Of a DNA stretch of 64,000 nt, positions 13,802 through 26,400 are shown piece after piece. Position 1 is the stretch's first letter. Every line of letters starts with the position of its first letter. The notes beneath the pieces are model-generated. The model ran no database searches and was not told where the DNA came from. It was given only the letters and a program-made list of their open reading frames with translations. A program made the translations under genes and the position numbers. This DNA comes from Aplysia californica (lineage: Eukaryota), in contig NW_004797800.1 of NCBI RefSeq assembly GCF_000002075.1, positions 417,159-481,158 of the forward strand. Direction: 5' to 3'.

Positions 13802-14279
13802 CTTTGAAAATTCAATGAAAATGTGTTTACATTGTCTTCTAGGCTTATTCTACTTTTACTTTTGTATTCATCAGACTTCCGGTGCAAAATTTAAAAAGCT
13901 GTACTCCCAAGGATTGAAATAATGTATATTTTCATCTAGCTTCTGACCGAAAGTTACGTCTATTTTCATCACATAAACTCTGAATGGTTGACAATAAATG
14001 TGAAAAAAATAATTTTGATAAATTGAATATATTTTGAGTTTTTGTTATCCTCTGTAAATACCTAGACCTAAGCCTAATATTGACTTGCTGAATATGCACT
14101 TGAGATCTAAAACTGTGATTAAAAAATATTAACTGCAGCGGTGCAGCGAATTTCGTTTCGTTCGTAAACATGGACGGCACGTGTTGACAGTCAACAGGAG
14201 CAGTTGGACATAGGAAGGCTGTGGTTGAAAATCGAAGTGTACGCCGTGTTTGAACAAATTAGAATTTATTTAAGCAGTC
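13802..14279. promoter_or_regulatory. Putative bidirectional promoter region between METTL18 and RRP12
   Basis: Divergent ATGs at 13801(-) and 14280(+); ETS-type CCGGAAGT on the minus strand (13875-13882); E-box CACGTG (14178-14183). Confidence 0.7.
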
Positions 14280-14475
14280 ATGAAAGCTCGACCGAAGGCA
14301 CCTGCCCCGAAAAGTAAGGGCAAAATGACACACAAAAAGAAACTTCCAAAAAGTGCTTCGAGCAACCCGACTACTAAGAAATTCAGGGAAGCTGCAAGAA
14401 GATCACAAACGTTCAGTGGCGGATTATCAAGCTCGGGGTCAACGTTTGGGTCGTTTGGAAAAGGTTCAAATCCAG
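14280..14475 (+). CDS. RRP12: RRP12 exon 1
   Basis: MKARPK...SSNPTTKKFREAARRS; CAG|gtaatg. Confidence 0.88.
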
Positions 14476-17400
14476 GTAATGAGTCTGCCCATGTATTTCA
14501 CCTTAATTATAGATCTAGAATCTAGATCTAAGTTTTGTTAGGTAAAGTTACCTGTCGGTCCGATGAGTCGGATCTGTCAGGGGGCCCCCGTCCAAGATAA
14601 GTGTTGCCTCGTCGTGGTCCTGAGTTCGACTGAATATCTCAATGAGTCTCTCAGACGATGTCTGCCTATTTCGCGCCGGACCCTTGACGTCATGAAGGGC
14701 GTGCCACTCCCCTTAATTATCTTGTCCCCACAGTAAAGATAAGAGTCATGTCCCTTGACATCACAGGCCTACAATACAATGTTGAATGGGTCCTAATTTC
14801 TGGCCTACTAGATCTCTCTGTCTCTTTCTGAATACTGTCTATCGGTGTGGACGATCAAATTGACCAAAACAAAGTTAAAAAATGATGTTAAAACACAAAA
14901 GTAAATTAATTTGGTTGTCTACAAAGATGCTACGGCTATTTAACTTTTCGAATCGAGCCGAACTACGCGGGTCGCCATTTTGTTTTGTTCTCTCTCTCAC
15001 TCTCTCTCTCTCCCCTGCCCACAGACAAAATTGTACGCTTTTAGTAGGCTACAAGTACAGTTGTAATGGAACGTTTGTTCACAGCACAGAATTCTACAAT
15101 TTTTCTCTTATCACAGTGTAGAATTCTGTGGTTTAGGGTGAACGCAAAATTTGTTGACACGCGCACCGGGTGAGAATAGCCACAAGACCCGCCTGCACTA
15201 TTCTCACCCCGGGTGAGAATAGAGGTGGCCAAAGATAAGAGTCATGTCCCTTTACATCACAGGCCTACAATACAATGTTGAATGGGTCCTAATTTCTGGC
15301 CTACTAGATCTAGAATCTAGACCAAGATCTAGATCTAATTGCCATCCGGAGCCGTCTAGATCTAGATCTAGCGCACATGCGATTAAACGTAGAAAGATGC
15401 AAACTGTTTTTAGGTAGGCCTAAGGCGCCCATCTTGTTTTACGTCAGACCAGGATACCCCTCCAATCACATGAGTACATCTAAGTAAGTAATCCAACCAC
15501 ATGGCACCAACCAAAGAAAGAGGGAAGTGTCTATGTATATATAATGCTTACGGAGTGTCTACGTACACGGTAACCGGGCACGTAGCTTCAGTGTCTACGT
15601 ACACGGTAACCGGGCACGTACGGTAGCCTCAGTGTCTACGTACACGGTAACCGGCAACTGGACGTGTAGTCTCAATGTCATGTACACGATAACCGGGCGC
15701 GTAGCCTCAATATCTACGTACACGGTAACCGGCAACCGGGCGCCTCTCATTATCTACGAACACGGTTAGCGGATATTTAGTTTCGTAGGGGAGGGGGGGG
15801 TCTAGAGCTAGGTGCACTGTTACTGCTTTGCTCCTTTCATGACGTTGACATTAATTTTTCCTTTTTCACCGTGTGGTCTCAATGTCGCATACACCAGACC
15901 TGCCACTCTATGAAACCTGAAAATCAGGATCTCAGGGAGAAAAAATCGGGATCAACAGCAAATCACCAAGGTGACTGCCAAAGCTGACTTAGAATTTTTC
16001 CAGGGGTGTCCATAAATTACTTGGCCTGTATGCCCCCTGAGTGTCTTTGTTTGCGGGCGCGCGTGTGTGTGCGTGCGTGCGTGCGAGTTATCATTATTTT
16101 TTGTAAGTCCTGAAGCATCACGTCAAGCACTCCTAGTCCAAGTGTCTATACCCCCCCTCCCCACCCCAACCAATAAGTCCCGAAATACATGAACTTAAGT
16201 TGACCCCGACATGCAGAAAGAACTCACACGGAGATGCCATGTCACGTGACGCGAATGCGCAATTGAAACAATTTTATTAATGGGTCCGACTAACTGCGAG
16301 TTCACACAAAACTCTCAGATGAGCGACAGTCGTTCCACTTCTAGTACTCTAGGATAACGACGACGGCCGACCGACCAATTGTACCAACAAATCTCTTATC
16401 CCTCATATGCGTTCAGACTAAAGCAACGACATCAGCCGTATGTTTGTCTTGTCAGCGCAGTTACATGTTAGTAATTGTGTAAGGGTTAGAAAGACAGTCG
16501 CTCGTCCGAGTGTTTGGTGTGAACGCACAGTTACCAGACCTCGGACAAGGTTTGTTTTGAAAGTAGCAGCGGAACTACGAATATTATCGATTATTTGTAT
16601 GTCCCAAATTGTAACAGTTACCAGGCTATCATCGGAGAATTCTGAGTGCGGGCAAAGATCACACACAACTTAGGGCGAGTCAACTACTAATTGCGGCATC
16701 GATATTTCGGGAAATAGTGCTCTGAGTTCCTACTGACAAAAAGTTCAACGGGTGCTTCCCGCGATAAAGGAGAAGGCAGAGTACGTTTTAATAAAAATCC
16801 GATACAACAGCAGACTGGGACAAAAAATCGGGATGCTTGAGATTTGGAGCAAAAAATCGGGATATCCCGACTAAATCGGGATGAGTGGCAGGTCTGCATA
16901 CACGGTAACTGTGCGCGTGGCCTCAATATATACGTACACGGTAACCGTATACTTAGTTTCAGGGTGTGTGTGTGGGGGGGGGTGTGCGGAAGGGGGCTTC
17001 CGCTTGAGCTAGGTGCACGCACGGTAACTGCTTAGCTCCCTTCATGGCATTGACTTTTTTCCTTTTTCACCGTGTAATCTCAATGTCACACACGCGGTAA
17101 TCGGGTGCGTAGCCTCAATATCTACATACACAGTGACCGGCATCTGGGCGCCTCTCATTATCTACGACCACGATAACCGGGTATTTAGTTTCGAGGGGGG
17201 GGGGCTTGAGCTAGGTGCACGGTAACTGCTGTGCTCCCTTCAAAACGTTGACCTTTTTGCTTTTTCACCGTGTGGTCTCAATGTCACTCACACGGTAACC
17301 GGGCACGTAGCCTCAATATCTACGTACACGGTAACCGGACGTGTAGTCTCAATGTCACATACATGGTAACCGAGCACGTAGCGTCAATATCTATGTACAC

Positions 17401-20400
17401 GGTAAGCGGGTATTTTGTTTCGTAGGGGAGGGGGCGCTTGGGCTAGGTGCACTGTAACAGCTTTGCTATTTTTGTGTGTTGTGAGCGGGTGGAATGTAAT
17501 CCCAAAAATGATCCCAATCTACCCCCTGTCATCTTTCCTAAGGGAGAGCAACATGCAGTGACACTGAAAATCTGCGAATCTGGAACAGAAAGCTAAAATA
17601 TAGATGTTTACAAAACATGTAATACTATCACGAGGAGAGAGAGAGAACGAGACTCAGAAAACAGAGAGAGGAAGAGAGAGAGAAAGAATAAAAAAGTATG
17701 CACTTGATGAGGTCATACCTCTCTTAAAACAAAGGACAATGAAACAAACGCACTATCACCAAGGAGATCCTTGACTATCACCCATCCAATGAAACGCGGG
17801 CCTTTTGGTTAAAAAACACGGCTTACTAGGTGTGAGTATGACGGATCCCAATTCCGTACAGGGCTTGCACCAATGCACGCTTTTCCGTAGCACTAGCAGG
17901 AAACTCTAATAATAATCAAAGTTCTAAATACTAAAATTTGCTTCCAAGTTCAGTTTTTGTCATCCGATGTTGCCTTCCCCCCCCCCCCCCCCACAGTACC
18001 TTTTAAAAAACCCAATAATTCCCCCATTCTGGAGCCCCATATACTTCGCGCAGCGCACACTTTGAATGAACTTTGGTGACCCCAACGATCACTGGTACTC
18101 ACAATGTGATGCGAAGGTACATGTTCACTGACCGGTCATGATGTCGAGCCCGACAAGACGCTTGCATAACTTTTTTTTTCCGCAAGTGAAAGCACAGGAC
18201 AATGATTTATTTTCATGGCAACACAGCGTTTGTAAAGCACAACCTGTATGTTACAAATGTTGCGTTAATCAGACTGCTACTGGCAAATTTCTGGGTGGTA
18301 AAGAAAGCGATAGTAGATTGAGCTTCGGTACCGCGCATACACTTACGATTGCCGCCAAAGCGCCCTGTTCATACCTAAAACTATCTTTTGTTTTGGAAAG
18401 AGTTAGCACTTGCAACTCAATAAGTTCATATAAGTGCCGAAGATTTAGAGGTGTTAGTGTTACAAGAGAGTAACAAACACATGCAGAATTTGTCTTCTCA
18501 AAAGATTAAAGAAGAGGTCTCAAAACAACTCTTTTGACATCTATAGGCCTACTTCAGACAAGAACAGGAACATTTGTTGAAGAGGTCTCTTTCCTGAAGT
18601 GTTTTAGCTCGGATGTAATGTGCTTTTGTTGTTGTTAACATGTTAATCATCTTGTGGTTAAAAGTATAGATCTTGGACCACTGTAATAAATAATTAACAA
18701 GAAATCTTAAACTTGAGATTTTTTAAATGTTGTGTGAACTTTAGGACTTTATGATATGTTATGTTGTGTAGACTCACGGTAATGTGGTCTGTACTCTAAA
18801 ATTATGTTTCAGATCAGCAAGGTGGTTTGACTCTTGAAGCCCTTGAGAAACACAATGAAGCCATGGGCGGTTTTACTGAAGCTGGGCTTGATCAGGACGA
18901 TGCAACGTCTGTTGGCCACAAGACATTTAACACCTGGGCAACCAACATGACTGGATGTACAAATGTGACTTTTAACCGAGTGCACAGATACATTAACTCA
19001 AACTCTTTGATGCAGAAAGAGGTAATGTATCATTCAGATTTAAGTTTTGTCCTTCTCCTCTGTTGTCTTCCTGTTGACTATTGTTCAGCTGTTGGGCTAC
19101 AGTTGTTTCCAATACTGAAATTTGGAAGTGCCTGGAAAATCACTTGGTAGTTCTCATATCAACTCTAAATATTAACATTAACATAAACATTAGTCTGTTT
19201 GGACTTTTTACATGGCAAGTTTTCGATATAAACAGATATATATATATGCCTATGTGAAAACCGTTCCCCCTGAGGCGAGGTGATACAATAACTTATTGTG
19301 TGTAAATTGTTCCTTCTCGACTGGGGTTCGAGGATCCTGTGTCGGAATCTCCGCAACTTCATGTTTAAATAAGACTCGAAAGGAATAAATGGGGTTATTG
19401 GTCAGGGAGTAGAGTATGAGTACTGTATATTATTAAGTCTATAACGTGGTTTGTCAACTTGCTACCTACAACCCCTTACGAAATCCTCAACATATCTGCC
19501 ACTGTACTGTCTGCCTGCTAAGGTCCTCTCTTCACTTGTCTTGGCCAGCTAGAATAGGCTGATACTAACAAGGTCACCTTAGCAGAGTCTGTGCCCACCA
19601 TTTTGGAACTTCACAGTGACATTAAAGATTGTTCCGGTAGGGAACGGGATAGTGGGTGCCCACATCCCTTTTGTCAGGGCAGAGGAAGATAGGACTAATG
19701 CTAACTTTAAAAAAACCCCAAACTAACAGAGCATGTCTTCTTAATAATTATATTCATAAACACCATCCCACCTCATCTCTTACCGCCACCACCACCGTTC
19801 ACTTCTAAAATCATCATTGCTCTCAGATCCTTCTCAAACATCTATAATTATCTTGAACATAACAGTTACATGTTATAACAATTATACATAATTCACTATT
19901 GGACACTATCGTATGCACATTTTTCTATTAATCAGATGGTGTCAATATAGAAATGGGCAAGGGACAAAAAAAAAAAGAACATATGTGTGAAAATAACTTT
20001 TACTTTTGATTTTCCTTCTGTATTTGACTTATAATTTATCTCTGGTTATGTCAACTTGGTGATGTTTGCTAATCCAGTAGCTCATTTAGTGGGTGGTTGG
20101 GGGGCGCCACTAATAGGTCGTACTTCTTTGCTTTCCCTCTGTTGTTTCTGTCTGTCTGTCCCAGCACTAAGTGACCATTTTGTGTCAATGTGCTTCTCTT
20201 TACTCAAACAAAGTAGCTTCATAATTTTAAAAATATAGGTTTTGAATTTTAAAAATTTTGTGCAATTTGAACATTATCATGACCATAATGATCAGGTCAT
20301 GAAAAAGAAATTAGTGGAGTATTTATTTAGATCAAATTTGAGTGAACTGTGAATGTTGCAATCAGTTGTCCATTCATTTTTTAATCCAATATAAAAATCA

Positions 20401-23400
20401 TGTTAATAGTATTCCGTTGTTCTTTATTCTAATGTTTTTTGTTATGTTTGTTTTGTACTGTATATGTTTTGACCTTTTCATTTTGTGCAATATATGTTTC
20501 TGGTTTATCCCATAGCTATGTCTATGTATAATCTGTACTGACACAAAGTGCCACTTTTAATTTTTAGATCTTGGCTGTTTTGGCTGCCATCACTGAAGTC
20601 ATTAAAGAAAAAGGGGGACAAGGGAGTGATGTGCAGTATTTTGCTGTATTGGTAAGTATGATGACCTACAGAATCATTTACTCTCTACCAGAGAAATATT
20701 TTATGTAATCTTTACACTGTAACATCATGTGTATAAATATATATTTTTACGGGAGTACACCCCCCTGGGCGATGCCACTGACTGAAATGTCTTTAATAAT
20801 AATGATAAATAGCATTTGTATAGCACATGTCCCCGCTCAACAGCAGGCTCTATGCGCTTTACACTATATTATTACCCCTGCAGACCATAGAACACTCCGA
20901 AACATTCTCAGCTTCCTTTACGCCATTCCGAAAGGGGGGACATTTTTTCGTTCTTATGCACAGTAGAATTGTAAATGGGCTGATTCAACAATGTCACGCT
21001 CATAACTGTGCCTGAACTACAACAGGGAACTGCTGCTTTTTCTTTCCTAGTCCTTACTATCGTCATTTTCCTCCTCTTCTTTTGTATGTTTGTCACACTC
21101 TTGTGACCCGCTATTTGCGGGGTGCCTTGATAGTCGAAGCAGACTTTGTGCTGTTGAAGCTAGAGAGGTGAGCAGAGTAAGCCCGATTCCCTGTAAAGAT
21201 TTCTCTGTTGACATCCACCCTTGGCGCTCATATGACCTTATGCAGTTGCGGGCGGCGTAAAACCTCTACTATAAAAAAACCACTTTTTTTTTCAAAAGTT
21301 TTGGTTTCACTCTATTAAGCACATGAATTTGGGTGGGACAGTTTGTGCTTTTGTGGGGTCTGCTGTTCTATTGTTTTGTTATTGAGTTCCTTTGTTTTTA
21401 AATCGGATTTAGTGCCTTTCTTGTTTAGTCAATTTAGAAATGTTCAAACGGGATAATGTCTTTTGAACTGAAATATGTTTAGTTCAGTATGTTTGATCCA
21501 CGCACAGAGCTATTTTTTTTCACTCTCTATGAGGTGTTAATAAATCCAGCTTTTTAAAAGAAAGTTTTTTCGACTGCTTTTATCAGTGGATGGTTGGCGG
21601 GTGCTCTGGTTTGGTTTGCTCCTTCTTTCCTATAACACATCAATCGTCCTTCTCACTATCGCTCTACCTTAAAAATTCCAACGGACCTTAGTTTCCTTCT
21701 ATGACAGACACAGTACAGATACATTGGTCCTATTCTTTGCTCCCCTGTCTCCCAAACAGGGCCCCAGGAACCTCTCTGGAGAAATGATTATACTGTCCTT
21801 AATATGTATCTTTTATGCGCTTGACTGAGCTAGAATAGGTTTCTCAGTTATGGAAAACTTTTTTTCCCCTTCACTATGCAGGTCTCAAGTTTACAGGAGG
21901 CAGAAAAAACAGAGACAATGACAGCCATGGCTCATCTTCTGAGCATTGTCATAAAAAAGTAAGACTGGCATGACAATGCACTGAATAAATGTGTTGTAGC
22001 TCTACATATTTTCATTTGTGTGTGTGTGTCTGGTGAAAGGTACCTTATGGTGCATTTCGTGTAATTGCATATTATTGCATTTTTTGGTACAAAAATCATT
22101 TCTGAACCACTTGTTTTTTTTAAAAAGATAGCTTCAGTGTTTTTGTGAGATCTGATTTATATTGTCAGATAGAGTGCGGAAACAAAGTTTTGAAAAAAAT
22201 GGGTTTACAGTTTCCCTTAGATCTGGATCGAGTTTTACTCGATGTGAATATGGATCTTTCAGCCGGCCGTGTTGTTAGCCTCCAAAACCCTTAACAACAC
22301 TGTCACTTCTCGAAAAGTGTCGTTACAACGTTTGAGAGCAAATTCACATTTAAATAGAACTGGAAATTTCACAAAATACTAAGTGTGGGAGGGTACATGT
22401 ATGAGCAAAGTCTCCCTTCCTTTACAGTGTCAATAGTCAATGTATTCGTGCGCACTAAGTACTATGAGAAAGCACACAGGCTGACCTAATTTTCATATTA
22501 TGTGATTTGAAGGGGTTGATTTTTATGAATGAGTCGAAGGAATCATCGTAAATAACAATGCTAGAAATTTAAAAGTGACTTTGCTTTGCTCATGAACTGG
22601 AACAGGGTGCAAATGTGCAAAACCTGCCATCCTTTACTGTTTTGTTAAACTCATGCTGATCGAGATAGGTCACAACCTGACCTAAATTTTGGTGTGCAAT
22701 ATGATGGAGGTTTGCTCTCATGATTCAGTCATCAGTGACAGCATATGTTCCCCCGCAGTCTTTGTTATTATGTAAGATGAGTGTTGTTAAAATTATATCT
22801 TTCTCCAAGCTTGTACACATTTATTGTTAATGACGTTAGGTTTTTCATTATCAAGCTCAAAGAAATAGTCTTCCATGGCAAAGGTTGCTGTGTTTGGCGA
22901 TTCTGTGTCTTTTTCATCGTTGTGATGACAAAAAAGAGGCTAAAACAGCACCTGGACATGGATGGCTGGTGCCTCTATAAATAAATCATTGATGGTCAGG
23001 TCAGGTCAGTCATCATGGTGTCTGTAACAAATGTGTCACAACGTGGTGGAATCAGGCGCTCGTAAATTTTTCGGCATATGGAGTTATTGGTATCATCTTA
23101 AAGTCTGTCCATTTGTCTTGGTTTTGCTGAAAAAATATCCAGTTATCTTGGAAACAAGTCAAGATATTGGTGATTGAAGGAGGTTGGGATCACCTGGTTT
23201 CAGAGTAAAATTATCGAGAAAATACCTGCCAAAGTTTAGTTTTTTCCCAGGCTTGAGAGTCCCTGGAAACCTAAAACTTACATCTTTTATTCCTTTAATC
23301 ATTGTTTTTCAGTAAAATCCCCACAGAAATGTGTTCTATAATAGGCATGATTGGTGTTGAACCAAAAAATAAAAAGTCGATAAAAATTCCCAGACCTGCG

Positions 23401-26400
23401 GGAAAATGCCAGTTTCTTCAGTTTCATTATTTTGACGAGCGCCTGATTTCACCACGCTGCCTCACATATATTTATATAACATATTACTTGAAAAAAACAT
23501 CCTTTGATGGCATTCTCTAAGTTTGCATAGCTACAACTTTCATAAACTTTCTTCATATCTTACGGTAAAACTTTTCAGTGTGTTTGGGGAGGGGAAGATG
23601 GATTGGTGCCTGGTGGTGGTTTATTTCTTTTTTCTTTCTAACTTTCACATGTTTTGTTCTTTTAGGGTCCCTGTTGCTGTCTTACAGAAACAGTTCTCCC
23701 AAGTGTCAAAAACCCTGGTTGGCATAATCACTCATTGTGCTTCCAACAAGGAAATCTTAGCTCCTCTTAAGCCAGTAAGTATTTTCTTGTGGAATTTATT
23801 TCTAAGAGAATGGGTTAAAAGATTTTGTAGGTTTATGCTAGTGCTTTATCAAGCACGCTCGTTACTCGCGAGTGGCATACTGCTTGGTACACTGCCGCTT
23901 GAGCGAGAGACGGAGATGCCAACCAGTACGATTTTACGTATTTTAGTACGATTTTTGGCCGAAAATACACGAATACAACTTTTCATGAAAAAATATGCAT
24001 CCTGGAATGCGAAAAATACGAGATTCAGCTTGGGCGGGTAAACCTAATTATCTCAAGTCCCTTCTTTTGTCAAAATAGTATCAGTATCGCAGAACTGGAG
24101 TATTTGAAAACCAAGTCCGATGTGGTCAGTAAGTTAAATTTTGCCGGTCGCGATCGTATATTCATTCAGCTTTTCCCCGTGCGGAGAGTACGTTTCACTT
24201 TCACGCGAATAGGCAGCTATGGCGGAAGCGTATGTGACACCGAGGCTCGATGGAGAAAATCAAGATCTACTTTCGCTTTCGTTACCACCAAGAAGTTTGC
24301 CAGCAGTTGTCTGATAACGCAACATTTGTGGCATGCAGGTTGTGCAGTATAAACGCAATGTCGCCGTGCAAATTAAATGTAAGAAATACTCGGACTCGTC
24401 GCTCTGCTGTCACTTGTGGGGNNNNNNNNNNNNNNNNNNNNNNNNNNNNNNNNNNNNNNNNNNNNNNNNNNNNNNNNNNNNNNNNNNNNNNNNNNNNNNN
24501 NNNNNNNNNNNNNNNNNNNNNNNNNNNNNNNNNNNNNNNNNNNNNNNNNNNNNNNNNNNNNNNNNNNNNNNNNNNNNNNNNNNNNNNNNNNNNNNNNNNN
24601 NNNNNNNNNNNNNNNNNNNNNNNNNNNNNNNNNNNNNNNNNNNNNNNNNNNNNNNNNNNNNNNNNNNNNNNNNNNNNNNNNNNNNNNNNNNNNNNNNNNN
24701 NNNNNNNNNNNNNNNNNNNNNNNNNNNNNNNNNNNNNNNNNNNNNNNNNNNNNNNNNNNNNNNNNNNNNNNNNNNNNNNNNNNNNNNNNNNNNNNNNNNN
24801 NNNNNNNNNNNNNNNNNNNNNNNNNNNNNNNNNNNNNNNNNNNNNNNNNNNNNNNNNNNNNNNNNNNNNNNNNNNNNNNNNNNNNNNNNNNNNNNNNNNN
24901 NNNNNNNNNNNNNNNNNNNNNNNNNNNNNNNNNNNNNNNNNNNNNNNNNNNNNNNNNNNNNNNNNNNNNNNNNNNNNNNNNNNNNNNNNNNNNNNNNNNN
25001 NNNNNNNNNNNNNNNNNNNNNNNNNNNNNNNNNNNNNNNNNNNNNNNNNNNNNNNNNNNNNNNNNNNNNNNNNNNNNNNNNNNNNNNNNNNNNNNNNNNN
25101 NNNNNNNNNNNNNNNNNNNNNNNNNNNNNNNNNNNNNNNNNATGGATACATGTATATTGTACGCGTGTGTGCTCCCTTTTTCGAGCTGGTGAGCTAGTAA
25201 TTTATTTTCAGGAAATATTGCTGGACACCCTGAACATTTTACTATTACTGGTTAGTCGGTGGGTCGTGGGGAATACACATTTTCCCCTGAAAATACACAT
25301 TTTCATGTTTCCCAATACTCATTTCAGTTTTCTGTGGTTGGCATCTCTGGAGAGAGGTGTTGGTGAAAGAAGCACTTTCATAGCGGTATTTAGGGGGGAA
25401 AAAATATTTGAAAAAATCTCCCCTCCATTTATACCTCTCCTCCCCTCCTGTCACTTAGATGTTACGTCAATGTGCAGTGTGTTTTTCTTATGCAGCACTA
25501 TAATGGGTTGGGGTGAGGACGGTGGGTAAATTCGCTTGGATTGTTTTTATTTCATTGAATAGCAGGCAGTGACATCAAAGTGTATAGGCCTGAGAGTTAA
25601 TCTCCTTGGGTTAGTCGGTAAATTAGGTTACTTTTAAAGTTATGTGTCGGGCAGATGTACTAGTACTTGTTCTTAGCGTCTTTTTAAAAAATACTCTTTT
25701 TGCTCAAGTTAATCATTTAGAGGACTTTATGTGTGTGTAGTATGTAGTGAGTCATGACACCAGGAAAGAGCTTTTGTTTTTGCTCTGAATTAAATGTTCC
25801 CTACGAAAGTATTTATTATGTTTGTACATAGTATTTGAATAAATGGAACTGAAGCGCAAAATAAAATAATAAAAATAAACAGATGCATCAAAGAAAAAAC
25901 AAAACTAAAAAGAGAATCCAGAGGAGAGGCTGATGCAAATAAGGCCCCTTTCGAAGATCCATACTCCCCCCTTCTACACATTTAGCTGATTAGATTGCCT
26001 CCCTTGAAGTTCATCCTGCCCTGTGACAAGTAAGAGCGTTTAACTCTATTTAGTAGCGTTCCTTAGCTCAAGTGCTCGAGTAGTATCAAGCCTTGCATCG
26101 AGCGTGCAGTAGAGTATCGAGCAGTGCACAGCACTAGTTTATGCCCAATGTGGAACCTTATATAATGAGTACCTGGGGTGTCTATCCATTACAGACTTTT
26201 GATATTGCAATGATACATTGTAACACCCTAACATTTCTTTTAAGAAGTTAATAAGACCAAGTGAACAATTTTTTTCATTGTGATCTCTCTTTCGTAGATG
26301 CAAATGTTCTTTCAATTACAAAAAGTTTTTGGGAATTCAATCGTTCACCTTTATGTGTTGTCGTTTAGATCAATCTGCGTCTGCTTTTAGTAATGGTGTT

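Noticed and set aside
15555-17460. Regularly spaced repeats as a CRISPR-like array
   Set aside because: Eukaryotic context, no unique spacers and no cas genes; it is a minisatellite.
24250-25529. Long ORFs crossing N runs (also near 40.5, 43, 47, 57 and 61 kb)
   Set aside because: Artefacts of translating assembly gaps.
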